Source: the human T2T-CHM13v2.0 reference genome, Homo sapiens
DNA length: 64,000 nucleotides
Strand: one strand, 5' to 3'
NCBI RefSeq assembly: GCF_009914755.1
Contig: NC_060941.1
This document shows, piece after piece, positions 30,683-53,144 of the stretch. A program made the position numbers and the translations under genes. Every line of letters begins with the position of its first letter. Positions within the stretch are counted from its first letter, which is position 1. Under the pieces are notes generated by a model. The model was not told the origin of the DNA, made no database searches, and saw only the letters and a list, made by a program, of their open reading frames with translations.

Positions 30683-31089
30683 CTTTAAGAGAGAATTCCC
30701 TGAAATAGTTAACAGTTATTTACTTTCAATTTTCCTTATTCAAATTACTGTGCAGTTTCAGCCTCCTGGTTGGACAGTAACTGACCACAATGTCTCCCAA
30801 GGCCTGGCATTATTTAGCTCCTGGCATTGCTCTGAAACTGTCGTCTACCATCCTCCCGTTGTGCACTTTGCTCTGGCCTCACTGATGGGCACGTTCTTCC
30901 CAGAACATCCTCCTACTTAAGCTTTGTCTTACTTTTTGCCTAGAATCTTCTTCTTGCTATTCAAATATCTCATTACCAGAATTTTCCACATATGATGTAA
31001 AATGTGCTTCTAATACAACACTTTCTCTCTACTTTAGCCTACTTCATTTTTCATAAAAGTTCTTGTCACCACATGACATTACAGTCATT

Positions 31090-31540
31090 TACTTCCTGGC
31101 TCTCTGACTCCTCTCACTGGAAAGTTATGCCCTTGACAGCACACACAGTCTGTTTTCTTCCTGGTTAATCCTTGTGCCTGCACCTCCGTATAGCCTAGCA
31201 CGTGGTAGACAATGAAACGACTGAATGAATTAATGAACAAATGAAGTAGTATACTTCCTAGATGAGAAAACTGAGACTCAAAAGTGATAAGTACCAAATC
31301 AGTATAACATAAAAGTTAGGAGTTTAAGCTCTTTGGGGAGAAATGTGGGTTTAAATGTGGGTTTTGCTACATCCTACTAGTGTAACTTATATATATTTCT
31401 TAAATTCTCTGTGCCTCATTTTCCTTATCTGAAAAATGTGGATTATAATGGTAACTACTTTATACTGGGCTATCTAGAGTAAATAAATTATGTATATAAT
31501 ATGCCTAGTACAGTGCTTGACACAAATTAACAATTCCACA
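31090..31540 (+). mobile_element. L2 3' end and MIR fragments
   Basis: gcctagcacgtggtagac...gaatgaattaatgaa; ctctgtgcctcattttccttatctgaaaaatg. Confidence 0.6.
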
Positions 31541-32253
31541 TATTTAGTTACTTGTACAATTATCTGTAGCTGCAAAACTATAAATGCAGGTTTGTCATCT
31601 TTCTGGGGAGATAGCAAGAGAAAGGTTAAGTTTATAAAATGCCTAAATAATAAAAACTATATTATCAAAGTAAAATGCCTAAACGAGGGCTGGTTTTAAT
31701 ATCAACTAATTAGTAGCTGCCTAATAGTAAGAACTGACTCTAAAATCAAGTAGACAAGAAAATGGTCCTGCCTGTGCCCTCTCCCTGAATGCCCTGTGGG
31801 TCAGGGACACCCAATTCCCTTGTCTCCCTTGCTCAAGGCTTGTTGTCCTGGCAACCTTGGAGGAGGTGCAGGAGTGAGGGGCCTCTGCTGCTCTCTGAGG
31901 CTGTGGGTGCTTGTAGGGAGTGGGGGGGTCTCCCACAAATGGGTCTGGCTCCTCTAGTAACTTTGAGGGCCCTGTGAGGGGCAGAGCGAGACACCGTGGA
32001 AAGTGGGAGGGGGCTTGTTGGAGGCTCTTGCCCACATCCCCCTCCTGCGTACACAACATGTCTGGTATACACACACTGAGCGCCTGCCCTGAGGACTGGT
32101 GGGCCTCCTGTACTTTCTTAGAGTCCAGGAGGAAGAGAAGGAAGAAAAGGTGAAGAGGAAGGCCCAGGTAGTAGGGTTGCTGGTCCGGGGCACTCGCCCA
32201 CTATTGACTGCCCCAGAGGGTGACATGGGAGGGGACATGGCACTGGAGCCCAC

Positions 32254-39738
<7,485 letters not shown>

Positions 39739-41034
39739 CTGTGAGACAAAGTTGTCTAAAGGTTACACTGTACCCGACAGCTTCAGAGAACCCCTGAACT
39801 GCTCCCGCTGGGCTCCCAGATGCTGGCTGGTTGTATAACCTGCATTCCACCACTGCGCTCTGGTAAAAAGGGTCCAAACCCCGTGGCCCACACATCCATG
39901 GGTCTCTGCAGTCTGAAGCCCTAAGCAGGGGTGGGCATCTTCCCAAGGACTCGAGAAGAGTGGGACCTGGACAGAGAATCCCGTTGTCCCCATATGCCAT
40001 GAAACGGGCACACACCTGCCCTGGCAGGTTGAATGGTGTCCACCTGCCAAGGGTGAAGAGCCTGTGATGGGCTATTCCAGGGATGTGGATGTGAACTGCG
40101 GTCAGGCACCAGAGGTCTCTGTACGATCGGCCTCCTGGGATGCTCAGGGCCACAGAGATGCCCAGTTTCCTATGAGGAACAAGATCTCTCCTGATTGCTC
40201 CGTTCTACCCCGCTCATCACTTGGGCTACCATGGCCCTTCAGTCTAACCAGTGAAGCTGCTTTAAGAATAACGCCATTTGAGCAGGAGTGTGTTTGGTTT
40301 TGGGGATGAAAATGATCTACTGTCTCCAAAGCAGCCACTGTGCTCATGGAAACCATGTCTCTCGGGGACGGACTGTGGACTCCACCATTCTGAGCTGTCC
40401 CTACAGGAGGGGGCTTCATGTTCCTGTGTCACTGATGTAGAAGAGTGGGTCCTTGCTCCTGGAGAACATCTAGATGGACCGTCCCTCCTGATAATACTCA
40501 GGGCAAAAGGAAAGCGAGGCCAGACAGAATAAGAAATACTTGGGGAGAACCCCAGTGCCCGGACCCCTTTGAACACAAGGGAAGTTAGTCTCCCCTCAGC
40601 CAGTCCTCCAGGGCTCCTTCACTTTCCACAACTGCCCAAGGGCAGAAGCCTCCCCATGCCACTCCCAGACAAGGGACCATGTGTGTCCAGTGGGTCCCAC
40701 GGTGACCATCAGGACCCAGCTTAGGCCCCAGGTGTGTTCTGAGGACCCTTCCCTCCTCCCCACCCACAGTGGATCCATTCCAGTGTCTCTGCCAGGGCCA
40801 GGCTCTGCCCCATCGGGATCGGAAATCTGGGCAGATTTGGGATCTAGAGCAGGGAGGTCTCAGGGTTGAGGCCTGAAGTCTAGCACGGCACACAGCAGGG
40901 CTGAGAGCAGAATCCAGGGTCATGTCTGATTCCCAGGCCGGTTACCGCCTCTCTGACCCCAGATGTCTCACCTGTCGAATGGGTACATTCGGGAACAGCA
41001 CCCACTCTACGAAGCCACCATGAGGACGAAAGAG

Positions 41035-41095
41035 AAGGGTCACTGAGCAGGTTTTTTCAGCTCTGAGCAGCTCTCCTTTTTCAGCTCTTGCCGCA
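41035..41095. other. Templated-insertion patch copied from 44347-44391
   Basis: 41035-41055 equals 44371-44391 (direct, 21 bp); 41072-41095 equals the reverse complement of 44347-44370 (24 bp). Confidence 0.85.
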
Positions 41096-42580
41096 TCTCG
41101 GACTTTCCCAATGACAGCCGTAGCAAGAAGAGATAAGAAACAAGACAAGTTCATGTTGTCCAGTTTTGAGGTCTTGAAAGAAGTTGCACCAGTATGAGAA
41201 TAGTGGATCAGTTTTCTCTAGGATCCAGAAAGCATATCAGGCAGCCTTGGGGTGAGGAAAGGAGCCCGGCCTCTCCAGCAGCCACACAGGCCTGCAGTAG
41301 GATGGGGTTGGGGCTGGCCATGTGGATCACTTGGGCCTCATGAGGGGAAAGGAAATACCAGGGGGCAGAGGAGGAGCATGGGGGCAGCTGGTTGCCTAAG
41401 GAGAAGGCACCTCAGGGAAGGGGACTGTATTCGTTTGTTTTCACACTGCTATAAAGAAATACCTGAGATTGGGTAATTTATAAAGGAAACAGGCTTTATT
41501 GACTTGCACTTCAGGAAACTTGCAATCACGGCAGAAGGTGAAAGGGAAGCAGGCACCTTCTTCACAAGATGGCAGGAGGGAGTGAGTGGAGAACCAGTAA
41601 GTGCCACATTTTGAAACCATCAGCTCTCCTGAGAACTACCTCACTATCCGGGGAGCAGCACGGGGGAAACTGTCCCCAAATCCAATCCCCTCCTACCAGG
41701 TTCCTCCCTTGACACAGGAGAATTACAATTCCAGATGAGATTTGGGTGGGGACACAGAGCCAAACCTGTGAGGGTCTCAGTCTATCTTGCAGCTCCCCTG
41801 GGGCTGAGGCTGAGTACAGATCTGCTGGCCTCGCCCTATAGCACGCGAGGGCTCTGCCAGTGCGCCCCCATCTGCTGCTTCCTAGGGATGGTGGTGACTT
41901 CCTCAAAAGGAGCATAGATTTGCTCTCCTGCTGCCCCTGCAGGGCCTTGTGGAGCCCCGGCCAAGTTCTCCCAGGGTAAGGGCAAGAAACAGGGCTCCTT
42001 GCCCTTCTTGCTACTTGAGTGACAACCCTGGAGTCATCCCTAGGCCCCGTCACTGCCCCTGCTTCTAAACTGAGAACATTTTGGCAAATCTTCCTGGCAG
42101 AGGCTGGGGGCTCATCCCTGCTATCTGTTCTAGCTTGGTAAAGCCGGGTTAAGACACCTGGGCAAGCAGACAGTAGAGTGGACCCCAGGAAGGGTGGGTG
42201 GAGGGCGCTGGCCTTTGGGCTTCCCTGGACTAGGGTGGGAAGGGGGAAGTTTACCAGGAAATAGAGCTCTCAGGACTATGTTTAGGAGGAGGTGGTAATG
42301 CTGGTGGGGGGATGTCCATTCATCCATCCATTCATCCATTGTCTCCCCCCACCCCCCATCTCGGACTGTCCCCATGACAGTCCTAGCAAGAAGAGACAAG
42401 AAACAAGACAAGTTCACGTTGTCCAATTTTGAGGTCTTGGAAGAAGCTGCACCAGTATGAGAATAGTGGGTCAGTTTTCTCCAGGATCCAGAAAGTATAT
42501 CAGGCAGCCTTGGGGTGAGGAAAGGAGCCCGGCTTCTCCAGCAGCCACACAGGCCTGCAGTAGGATGGGGCTGGGGCTGG
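41094..42580 (+). repeat. 224-bp direct repeat (41094-41317 and 42357-42580)
   Basis: catctcggact...gtaggatgggg(t/c)tggggctgg occurs twice, >90% identical. Confidence 0.9.
41426..41770 (-). mobile_element. THE1/MST MaLR solo LTR
   Basis: cacactgctataaagaaatacctgag...gatgagatttgggtggggacacagagccaaacc. Confidence 0.85.
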
Positions 42581-43582
42581 TTTGGGGTGGAGGATAAGTG
42601 ACAGCCAAGGTTTGTCAGCATGCAGAGGGGTGGCTGACTCATGGACTAGGGGCTGCGGAGCCCAGTGGTTGCCCTTAGTTCTTGGATCCTGGGAGACTTC
42701 TGGAGCCTGGATTTGGACAGCCTAGGGGTGGAGGTGGTGAGGGGCAGGGGTGGGGCGGGAGGAGAGGCCTTGCATGACAGGGTTCAGGGCAGGAAGCCAG
42801 CCAGGGACTGCTTTGCAGTGGCTGTTCCCATCCCCATTCCCACTCCCAAACCCACCCCTCCCCCACCCTGGTGCAGGGTCGGCTGTGGGCAGGTGTCTTC
42901 TGCTTTGGCCTCAGCAGATCCCAAGAGGGAAGCTGGCAGCCACGTGGGCATGTCACTTGTGCCAGCTTTGTCCTGCAGTTTCTGCTTCCTGGAGTGTGGG
43001 GCACCCACCCAGGAGAGCACGGGCACACCCCACACCTCTCATTTTGAGGGTGCTGGGAGGTGTGGGACCTAGGTCCTGCAGCCCTGTGCTTGTGCCGTGA
43101 AAATTAGCCTAGGAGTCCCGTGTCCGCCCATCCACGTGGAGCCCCAGGAGCCTGAACAGTGGCATGCAGCGAGATGAGGAGGGAGAGAGAACTGGAAAAG
43201 GAGACAGAGAGATGTGGAGCAGGGAATGAGAGAGAGGAAGAGACAGAATAAGAAATACTTTGGGAGAAGTATTTCATCCCTCTGGGGTGCCATGACTCCT
43301 CCCTGCTATGGATGGAGGAAAGTGACTGATCTGCCGGAGACATGAAACCACATGATCCTTCCTTCCACAATAAACTGGAGGGTCAAAACAGGCAAGAGTA
43401 GGTCCAGGTCTTCTAAAAGCCATACCTGAAATGTTTCCGATAACAGTTGATTTGGTGGTGGTAACTCAATCACACAAACAACCACAGCAAAAGACACAAC
43501 TATCAGAGATTTTCAGATAGCCTCAAAAACACCATCTAACATTAGGGAGTTCAAAAAGGCATGAAGTTTCAAAAAATTGAGC

Positions 43583-44472
<890 letters not shown>

Positions 44473-45137
44473 CTACCAATGGCTCTTCTCAGTCCACAGA
44501 CCTCTCCCTCCCCTCATCAGCACCCACAGGTGACTGAGAGTCTTCTCGGGACTGGACCCCAACTCCAGGACACAGGGAGGGGCAGTTTGTCCCAGGCTCC
44601 GGGTGCTGAGCTTCACGCTTGTGCCACAAGGTCCTCTGGGCCATCTCAAACGGGGCAGTGATGTGGCCTCGCACATCTGGATGCACTGTCTGGGCCTATT
44701 CCTGGGCCACATAGCCAGAGGAACAGGAAGATGTTTGTCAACCCAGGCACCCCACTCTGCTGGGTCTCCCAGGGTCCTTCCCATGGAGACCAGATCCAGA
44801 GACAGCACAGAGGCCGCAGGGTGACCGGCCCAGAACCCTTGAGACTAGGCTGGGGATGACAGGAGGACTGTCCCCAGACAACCAGAAGACCCTTTGCTAG
44901 TTTCTTGGTACTTCATTTCTCGCCTGCTACCGTTACCCCACCAGAAATCCCCTTCATGCAGAGTCAATGAGGAGAGGAAGACGGACACAGAATCTGTGGA
45001 AAGAAAGAAAACAAAAGATGGGTGGGGAGAAGAGTTGGGAGTGTAACGTTGTAAGAGTCCTACACTATGCGTATTATTTGAGGGTTGGCTGTGATTAATT
45101 AAAGGTGTGTCTTGTAGACAACCATTAACACACTATA

Positions 45138-45145
<8 letters not shown>

Positions 45146-45193
<48 letters not shown>

Positions 45194-45490
45194 AGAGAGA
45201 GACAGAGACAGGGTCTTGCTCTGTCACCTGGGCTGAAGTGCAGTGGCCCAAACACAGCTCACTACAGCCTTGACTTCCCAGGCTCAAGCAATCCTCCCAC
45301 CTCAGCCTCCTGAATAGCTGGGACTACATGTGTGGGCCCCCATGCCTGGCTGCTTTTGAAATGGTTTCTTGTAGAGACAGTTATCTCACTGTGTTATCCA
45401 GGTTGATCTGGACCTCCTGCCCCCAAGCAATCCTCCAGCCTCGGCCTCTCAAAGTGTTGGGATTACAGGCATGAGCCACTGCACTCGGCT
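45146..45490 (-). mobile_element. AluJ with (TA)n microsatellite tail
   Basis: (TA)~23 at 45146-45191, then antisense AluJ (ggctcaagcaatcctccc). Confidence 0.85.
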
Positions 45491-45516
45491 TACACATGTT
45501 TTTAAGAGGCGTAAAT

Positions 45517-46740
45517 GCTCCCTCTCCCTCTCCCTCTCCCTCTCCCTCTCCCGTCTCCCGTCTCCCGTCTCCCGTCTCCCGTCTCCCGTCTCCCGTCTGC
45601 CGTCTCCCTCTCCGTCTCCCGTCTCCCACTTTCCATGGTCTCCCTCTGATGCCCAGCTGAGGCTGGACTGTACTGCCGCCATCTCGGCTCACTGCAACCT
45701 CCCTGCCTGATTCTCCTGCCTCAGCCTGCCCAGTGCCTGGGATTGCAGGCGCGCGCCGCCACGCCTGACTGGTTTTTGTATTTTTTGGTGGAGACAGGGT
45801 TTCGCCGTGTTGGCCTGGCTGGTCTCCAGCTCCTGACCGCGAGTGATCTGCCCGCCTGGGCCTCCTGAGGTGCCGGGATTGCAGACGGAGTCTGGGAAGT
45901 GAGGAGCGCCTCTTCCAGGCCATGCCGTCTAGGAAGTGAGGAGCGTCTCTGCCCGGCCGCCCATCGTCTGAGATGTGGAGAGCGCCTCTGCCCCGACACC
46001 CCTTCTGGGATGTGAGGAGCGCCTCTGCCCAGCCGCGACCCCGTCTGGGATCTGAGGAGTGTCTCTGCCCGACCGCCACCCCGTCTGGGAGGTGAGGAGC
46101 GTCTCTGCCCGGCCGCCCCGTCTGGGAAGTGAGGAGCCCCTCTGCCCGGCCGCCACCCCATCTGGGAGGTGTACCCAACAGCTCATTGAGAACGGGCCAT
46201 GATGACGATGGCGGTTTTGTCTAACAGAAAAGGGGGAAATGGGAAAAGAAAGAGAGATCAGATTGTTACTGTGTCTGTGTAGAAAGAAGGAGACATAGGA
46301 ACTCCATTTTGTTCTGTACCAAGAAAATTTCTTCTGCCTTGGGATGCTGTTAATCTATAACCTTACCCCCAACCCCCTGCTCTCTGAAACATGTGCTGTG
46401 TCAACTCAGGGTAAATGGATTAAGGGCAGTGCAAGATGTGCTTTGTTAAACAGATGCTTGAAGGCAGCATGCTCGTTAAGAGTCATCACTACTCCCTAAT
46501 CTCAAGTACCCAGGGACACAAACTGCGGAAGGCCGCAGGGTCCTCTGCCTAGGAAAACCAGAGACCCTTGTTCACGTGTTTATCTGCTGACCTTCCCTCC
46601 ACTATTGTCCTATGACCCTGCCAAATCCCACTCTCCGAGAAACACCCAAGAATGATCAATAAATACTAAAAAAAAAAAAAAAAAGAAACATCATGTTGTA
46701 CATCATAAATACATACAACAAAAATAAATATTAAAAAAAA
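45517..46740 (+). mobile_element. SVA retrotransposon (older, A/B-like) with 3' transduction
   Basis: (CCCTCT)n/(CCCGTCT)n head, Alu-like part, short VNTR, SINE-R, AATAAA 46658-46663, poly(A); TSD AAGAGGCGTAAAT at 45504-45516 and 46741-46753. Confidence 0.95.
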
Positions 46741-46782
46741 AAGAGGCGTAAATACGAAGGTTAGTGTTGCCATGAAGTCAGG

Positions 46783-47015
46783 CAGGGGTGGTCAAACTAT
46801 GGCCCACAATCCAGATGAAGCCCCCCTCCTATTGTGAATAAAGGTTTATTGGAGCCACAGTTCCTCCCCTGTGTTCGCTTCTTGTCTGGGGCTGCTTTGG
46901 GGCTGCAGTGGCGAAGCTGAGTAACTGCTGAGTAGGTGCAACAAAGACCACAGGGTCCACGAAGCCCAAGATGCTTACTACCAGGTCCTTTGCAGAAAAA
47001 TCTTGCTGAGCCCTG
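46783..47015 (+). mobile_element. MER58A-like hAT element
   Basis: caggggtggtcaaactatggccc...aataaaggtttattgga...cagaaaaatcttgctgagccctg. Confidence 0.75.
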
Positions 47016-47260
47016 GGGAGGGACCAGGTGGCACCAGGGAGGCCATTGGGGAGGCTGGTACAGTAATCCAGGTGAAAAATGATGGGAGCTCAGATTAAAG
47101 TGGTCATGACAAATGGCTGGAATCAGGATATATTTTGAGGGTATGACCAACAATATATGGATAAAATGGACAGTATTTAGAGTTTCAGATTTTCTTTCTG
47201 CCAAAGGATCCCTTTCTTAAACAAAAAAATTATACAAAAGATCAATTAAAAAACTGACCA

Positions 47261-47574
<314 letters not shown>

Positions 47575-48039
47575 TCATGTCAACAAGATTATTTGTGTGA
47601 TTGAAGCTGGGGTTGAGCCTAGGCACCCTAACACCTTTTCAGCACCCCTAACACCCCGGCTGTTCCAGAGGCACCCTATAGAGCCCCTTGGGTTCAGATG
47701 AGCAGAACTTGAAACCACAGATCGGAAGGAATAGAAATCTGCGTATCTTTCACACAAGCCATAACATTCTAAGCTGCATCTTTGCAGCACACTGACATGG
47801 GGCTACTTCACCCACAGCCAGCAAGCGTCTGCACCAGTGCCGGGATTTGTGTCCACCGTTATAAGAAGGCAGCTGCTTGCATGAGGCATGGCGGTGAGGA
47901 AACAATGCCACCCGGATTTCACCATTGGCTGTGTGGACTGGCTGTACCATGGGCCAGATGCATGTCTTGGGCAGACACTTTTTAGATGCCAACTTGCCTG
48001 TAGACAAAGATGACGCAGAGGTGGCCTCGGGGATGGCCT

Positions 48040-48450
48040 ATGTGATGGGTTGAATTTGTCCCCTGAAATTCCTATGCTGATGTCCTTAGCCCCAGTGCCT
48101 GAGAATGTGATCTTATTTGGAGATAGCGTCTTATAGAAATAAGTTAACATGAAAAATGAGATCAGTAGGGGGTGCCCAATTCAATATGACTGATATCCTT
48201 ATAAAAGGGCAAATTTGGACACAGAGACATGCATAGAGGGAAGACGAGGTGAAGAGACACCGGGAAGGCCACCTACACGCCAGGAGAGAGACCTAGAACA
48301 GAGCCTTCCTGCACCGCCCTGGAAAGGGACCTTCCCTGCCGACACCTTGATCTTGGACCTACAGCCTCCAGGACTGTGAGACAGTGAGATTCTGTTGCTG
48401 AAGCTGCCCAGTATGTGGTACTTTAAGGAAGCCCTAGCAAACCAATGCAG
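48040..48450 (+). mobile_element. MLT1-type MaLR solo LTR
   Basis: tgtgatgggttgaatttgtcccc...gacaccttgatcttggac...gccctagcaaaccaatgca. Confidence 0.8.
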
Positions 48451-49369
48451 CCTGGTAGCCCACAGCTGGTGAAAAGATGGAATGAGCAATGGAGACTCAG
48501 GCTTCCTGTCTATACTTCCCAAAGTGCACTATGGGATCTTTTGCTGGGTGTAGGTTTGCAAGATAATTTTGGCCGGGGTTGGGACGGTGGGGTGCAGGGT
48601 GCATAATTTCAGTGTATATTATCATATGTTTATCTTACTGTGTAAATGCTTGTAAGAACAGTTAACCAACAAAGTTTATATGCTACTCAAGATACAGGTT
48701 TAAATGCTCTCAATGCAAATGAAAACACTGTCCTGCTGTGGTCCAGGGAATCTTGATCTTTCCTTCAGAGAGACTTGCAGCTTTGAGCAGGAGCTGCCCT
48801 TTCCTTGCTGCCTACTGCATGCTCCCACAACACACATGCACACACACATGCCTTTGCACACAGCTGGACACACGCATACTGTGCTTCATGCCCTCATTAA
48901 GGAGGCACAGAAGGGAATGTATCTGTTAGGAAATGAAGACGGCTCAACTCCCTGGTTCCCTGGGTGTTTGCACAGGTGCCCTCTGTGCAGACCATTCTTT
49001 GGTCTCTTTCTTCTTTTAGTGAAGGGAGAAGCAGAGCCCCAGTGGGTAGCCGGCTACTTTGGGCCCAAGCCAAGGTCACAAGCTTCCTTGGGAGCCTGGT
49101 GAGATGGGGGCACCACTGGTCCTCCCAAACCGAGGGGGCAGCATTCAGTGGAGCCGTGAGCCCAGGAAGGTGATAGACAGGATGACTCAGTTCATTAGAA
49201 ACAACCAAAATCCAGTGAGGAAGGGCAGCCCTCAAAGGTTTTATTCTCCAGGAGGAAGGACTCTCAGGGGCTGCGAGCAGCAGGCACGAGGGCTTTATTG
49301 CACCTGCAGTTAGGTGATGGTGACCTACAACTGCACCGGAAACTGGGACCCAGAGTGCCCCGACCTCCT

Positions 49370-49640
49370 GCTCTGTCTCTCTCTCCCTCTCTCCCTTTCT
49401 CCCCCCCTCTCTCCCTTTCTCCCCCTCTGCCTCTCTGGCTTCTCTGTCTCTCTTGTCATCTCTTGCCCCTTTCCCCATCTCTCTTTCTCTCTGCTCTCTC
49501 CATCCTCCTCTCCCTCTCAGCCTCCTCTGTCTCTCCCCCATCTCTTTCCACCCATCTTTTGCTTTCTACCTCTCTCTTCCCTCTCCCCATCTCTTTTCTC
49601 CCTTTCTCTCTCCCCACTCCTCTCCCTCCTCACCCTCGTT
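49370..49640 (+). repeat. CT-rich low-complexity tract
   Basis: Nearly pure pyrimidine. Confidence 0.85.
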
Positions 49641-49724
49641 CATGCTCCCTGATCCCCATCCTACACTGCTGCTAAGGCAATGCCAAGGCTACTGTCCTGT
49701 CACGGTGTCCCTACTTCCAGCATC

Positions 49725-50525
49725 CACACATGAAAAGATGCTCAATGTCATTAGTCATTAGGGAAATGCAAATCAAAACCACAATGAGACATCATTTTAT
49801 ACTCATTAGGATGCTATTATCAAACAAATGGAAAATAGCCAGTGTTGGAGATGTGAAGGAAGTGGAACCCTCACACATTGCTCATGGGAATGTATAATGC
49901 AGTGGCTCATGGGAATGTATAATGTATAATGTGGAAAAGTTTGGCAGTTCCTCAAAAAGTCAAACATAAAACTACCATATGACCCAGCAATTCCACTCCT
50001 AAGTAGATGTCCAAAACCCCTGACAGCAGGGTTGCAAACAGGTACTTGAACTCAGGAACGGAAAACCAAACATCATATGTTCTCACTGATATGTGGGAGC
50101 AAAACTATGAGGATGCAAAGGCATAAGAATGATACAATGGACATTGGGGACTTGGGGGGAAGATTGGAAGGTGGGGGCGAGGGATAAAAGACAACAAATA
50201 TGGTGCAGTGTATACTGTTCTGGTGATGAGTGCACCAAAATCTCAGAAATCACCACTAAAGAACTTATTCATGTAGCCAAATACCACCTGTACCCCAATA
50301 ACTTATCAAAAAATAAAACACAATTTTTAAAAAAACAGATACTTGTGTCCCAACATTCAGAGCAGCATATTCACAATAGCCAAAAGGTAGAAACAGCCCA
50401 ATTGTTCATCAACAGAAGAATAAATGAGCAACATGTATTATATGTGCACAGGGGGATACTATTCAGTTATTAAAATGAATGGAATACTTATACTTCCTGC
50501 AAATATGGATGGACTTTGAAGATTT
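49725..50525 (+). mobile_element. Old L1M fragment interrupted by an L1PB-like 3' end (50049-50332)
   Basis: cattagggaaatgcaaatcaaaaccacaatgag; inner element flanked by aaacag(g/a)tacttg (50036-50048, 50333-50345). Confidence 0.8.
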
Positions 50526-50551
50526 GCAATTCAAATCTAATGAATAGACAG

Positions 50552-51208
<657 letters not shown>

Positions 51209-51771
51209 TCAGCATGCATAGCTGTGTTGTGTCCAGGTGAGTAGGCACATGTGCATGTGTGCGAGTGTTGGATGCTGGGGCAGTCAGGGTTAGAGTCACT
51301 CACAGTCAGCACCTGCTCTTCACTTCCTCATGCCTGGTTCCTACAGGCCCCCACAAGAAGCATGTAGGGCCCAAGCACCCCTTGCCACCTCTTAACCCCA
51401 AGCACAGGCATGAGAGGGTGAGGGTGGCCGACTGCAGGGCCCAGGCTTGGAGGACCCTGGAGCTGACTCCTGGTGCACATGCCACAACCGCCAGCCTGCC
51501 CTGGCCTGGCTCCTGGGAAACACTTGCCCTTGGCCAGCTGGAGAGGTGTTGATTTGGGACACAGCCCCACAGTGATCACCACTTTATCCCACCCCCAAAT
51601 ACTTCCTAAGGCCATTTATTGCTAGGAGATGGGCACAGGCAGCCTGCTGTGATGACTTCCTAGACACAGGCTCTGGGGACAGGAAGCCCATCTGGCCCCC
51701 TTCCTATGACATGGCTGGGAGGCAGGAGGTGGGCCTCGGGTAAGAAGGATAGATAAGGGCAGCTTGGGCAG

Positions 51772-52141
51772 GTTGGGGTGATCAGACCCAACATCAGGCC
51801 ATGGGGGCTTCGAAGTCCAGCGGAGTCATAGGAATGAGAAAAGACAGGAAATAAAGTGGGACCAGGGGGCCAACACTAGTATGGAGGCTGCAAAGGCCCT
51901 GAGCTCTGGGAGCCCAGGCTATTTACTGGTGCTCAAACAAAGAAACACATGGTGAGGATGTGGGGGTTTAAAGGAAGCAATGTATCAAGTGAGTGAGCTA
52001 CAGCTGCGATGGTGTAGCATTTTCTTTGAAACATGTGGCTACTTGAGATAATGGGAGTGCTAGAAGCAAGAGCTAGCAAGTCTAGCAGACATGCAAGCCC
52101 TGCCTCAGCTTCTCTCCCAACACTCAGCTTTTCTCCCAAAA
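51772..52141 (-). mobile_element. Full solo LTR14-family (HERV-K) LTR
   Basis: Minus strand ends ...TGTTGGGTCTGATCACCCCAAC; approximate TSD gggcag/ggacag; poly(A) signal reads AGTAAA. Confidence 0.7.
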
Positions 52142-52622
52142 GGACAGAGGAAGCAGCAGTAAGTCTCAGAGCCTCAGGACCAGAGGGGCCCCAGTGCCCC
52201 TTGGTCAGGATGCTGAGCCCAGAGAGGGCAAGATCCTGACTTGAGGTCACAGAGCAGCAATCCCTGGCAGAACTAGCATTCCTTTTGGAGAAATTCAGAG
52301 TTCATGGTCCCCAGGAGTCATTCATTTACTCATGCATTCATTCGGCAATTACATATGGAGCCTCTACTATATGCCAGGCCCACTTCTAGCCCCAGCATAC
52401 AGCAGTGGACAAGACAAACCAATCCCCACCTCAAGGAGCTGATGCTCTGGTCACAGAGACAGAAAACAAGTGAAGAAGATCACATTACATGATGCTAAAG
52501 GCTAGCAAATAAAATTACACCACATGGAATGTTGGAGTCACTCTGTCCAAATGGTGGCCACTAGCCCCATATGGCTATTTGAGTTTCAAGCAATTGGAGT
52601 AATTGAAAATTAAGAGTTTAGC
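51908..52622 (+). repeat. Direct repeat copy 2
   Basis: Matches 13129-13845. Confidence 0.95.

Positions 52623-53144
<522 letters not shown>

Noticed and set aside
45381-46186. 265-aa and overlapping ORFs
   Set aside because: Antisense translation of SVA hexamer/VNTR sequence
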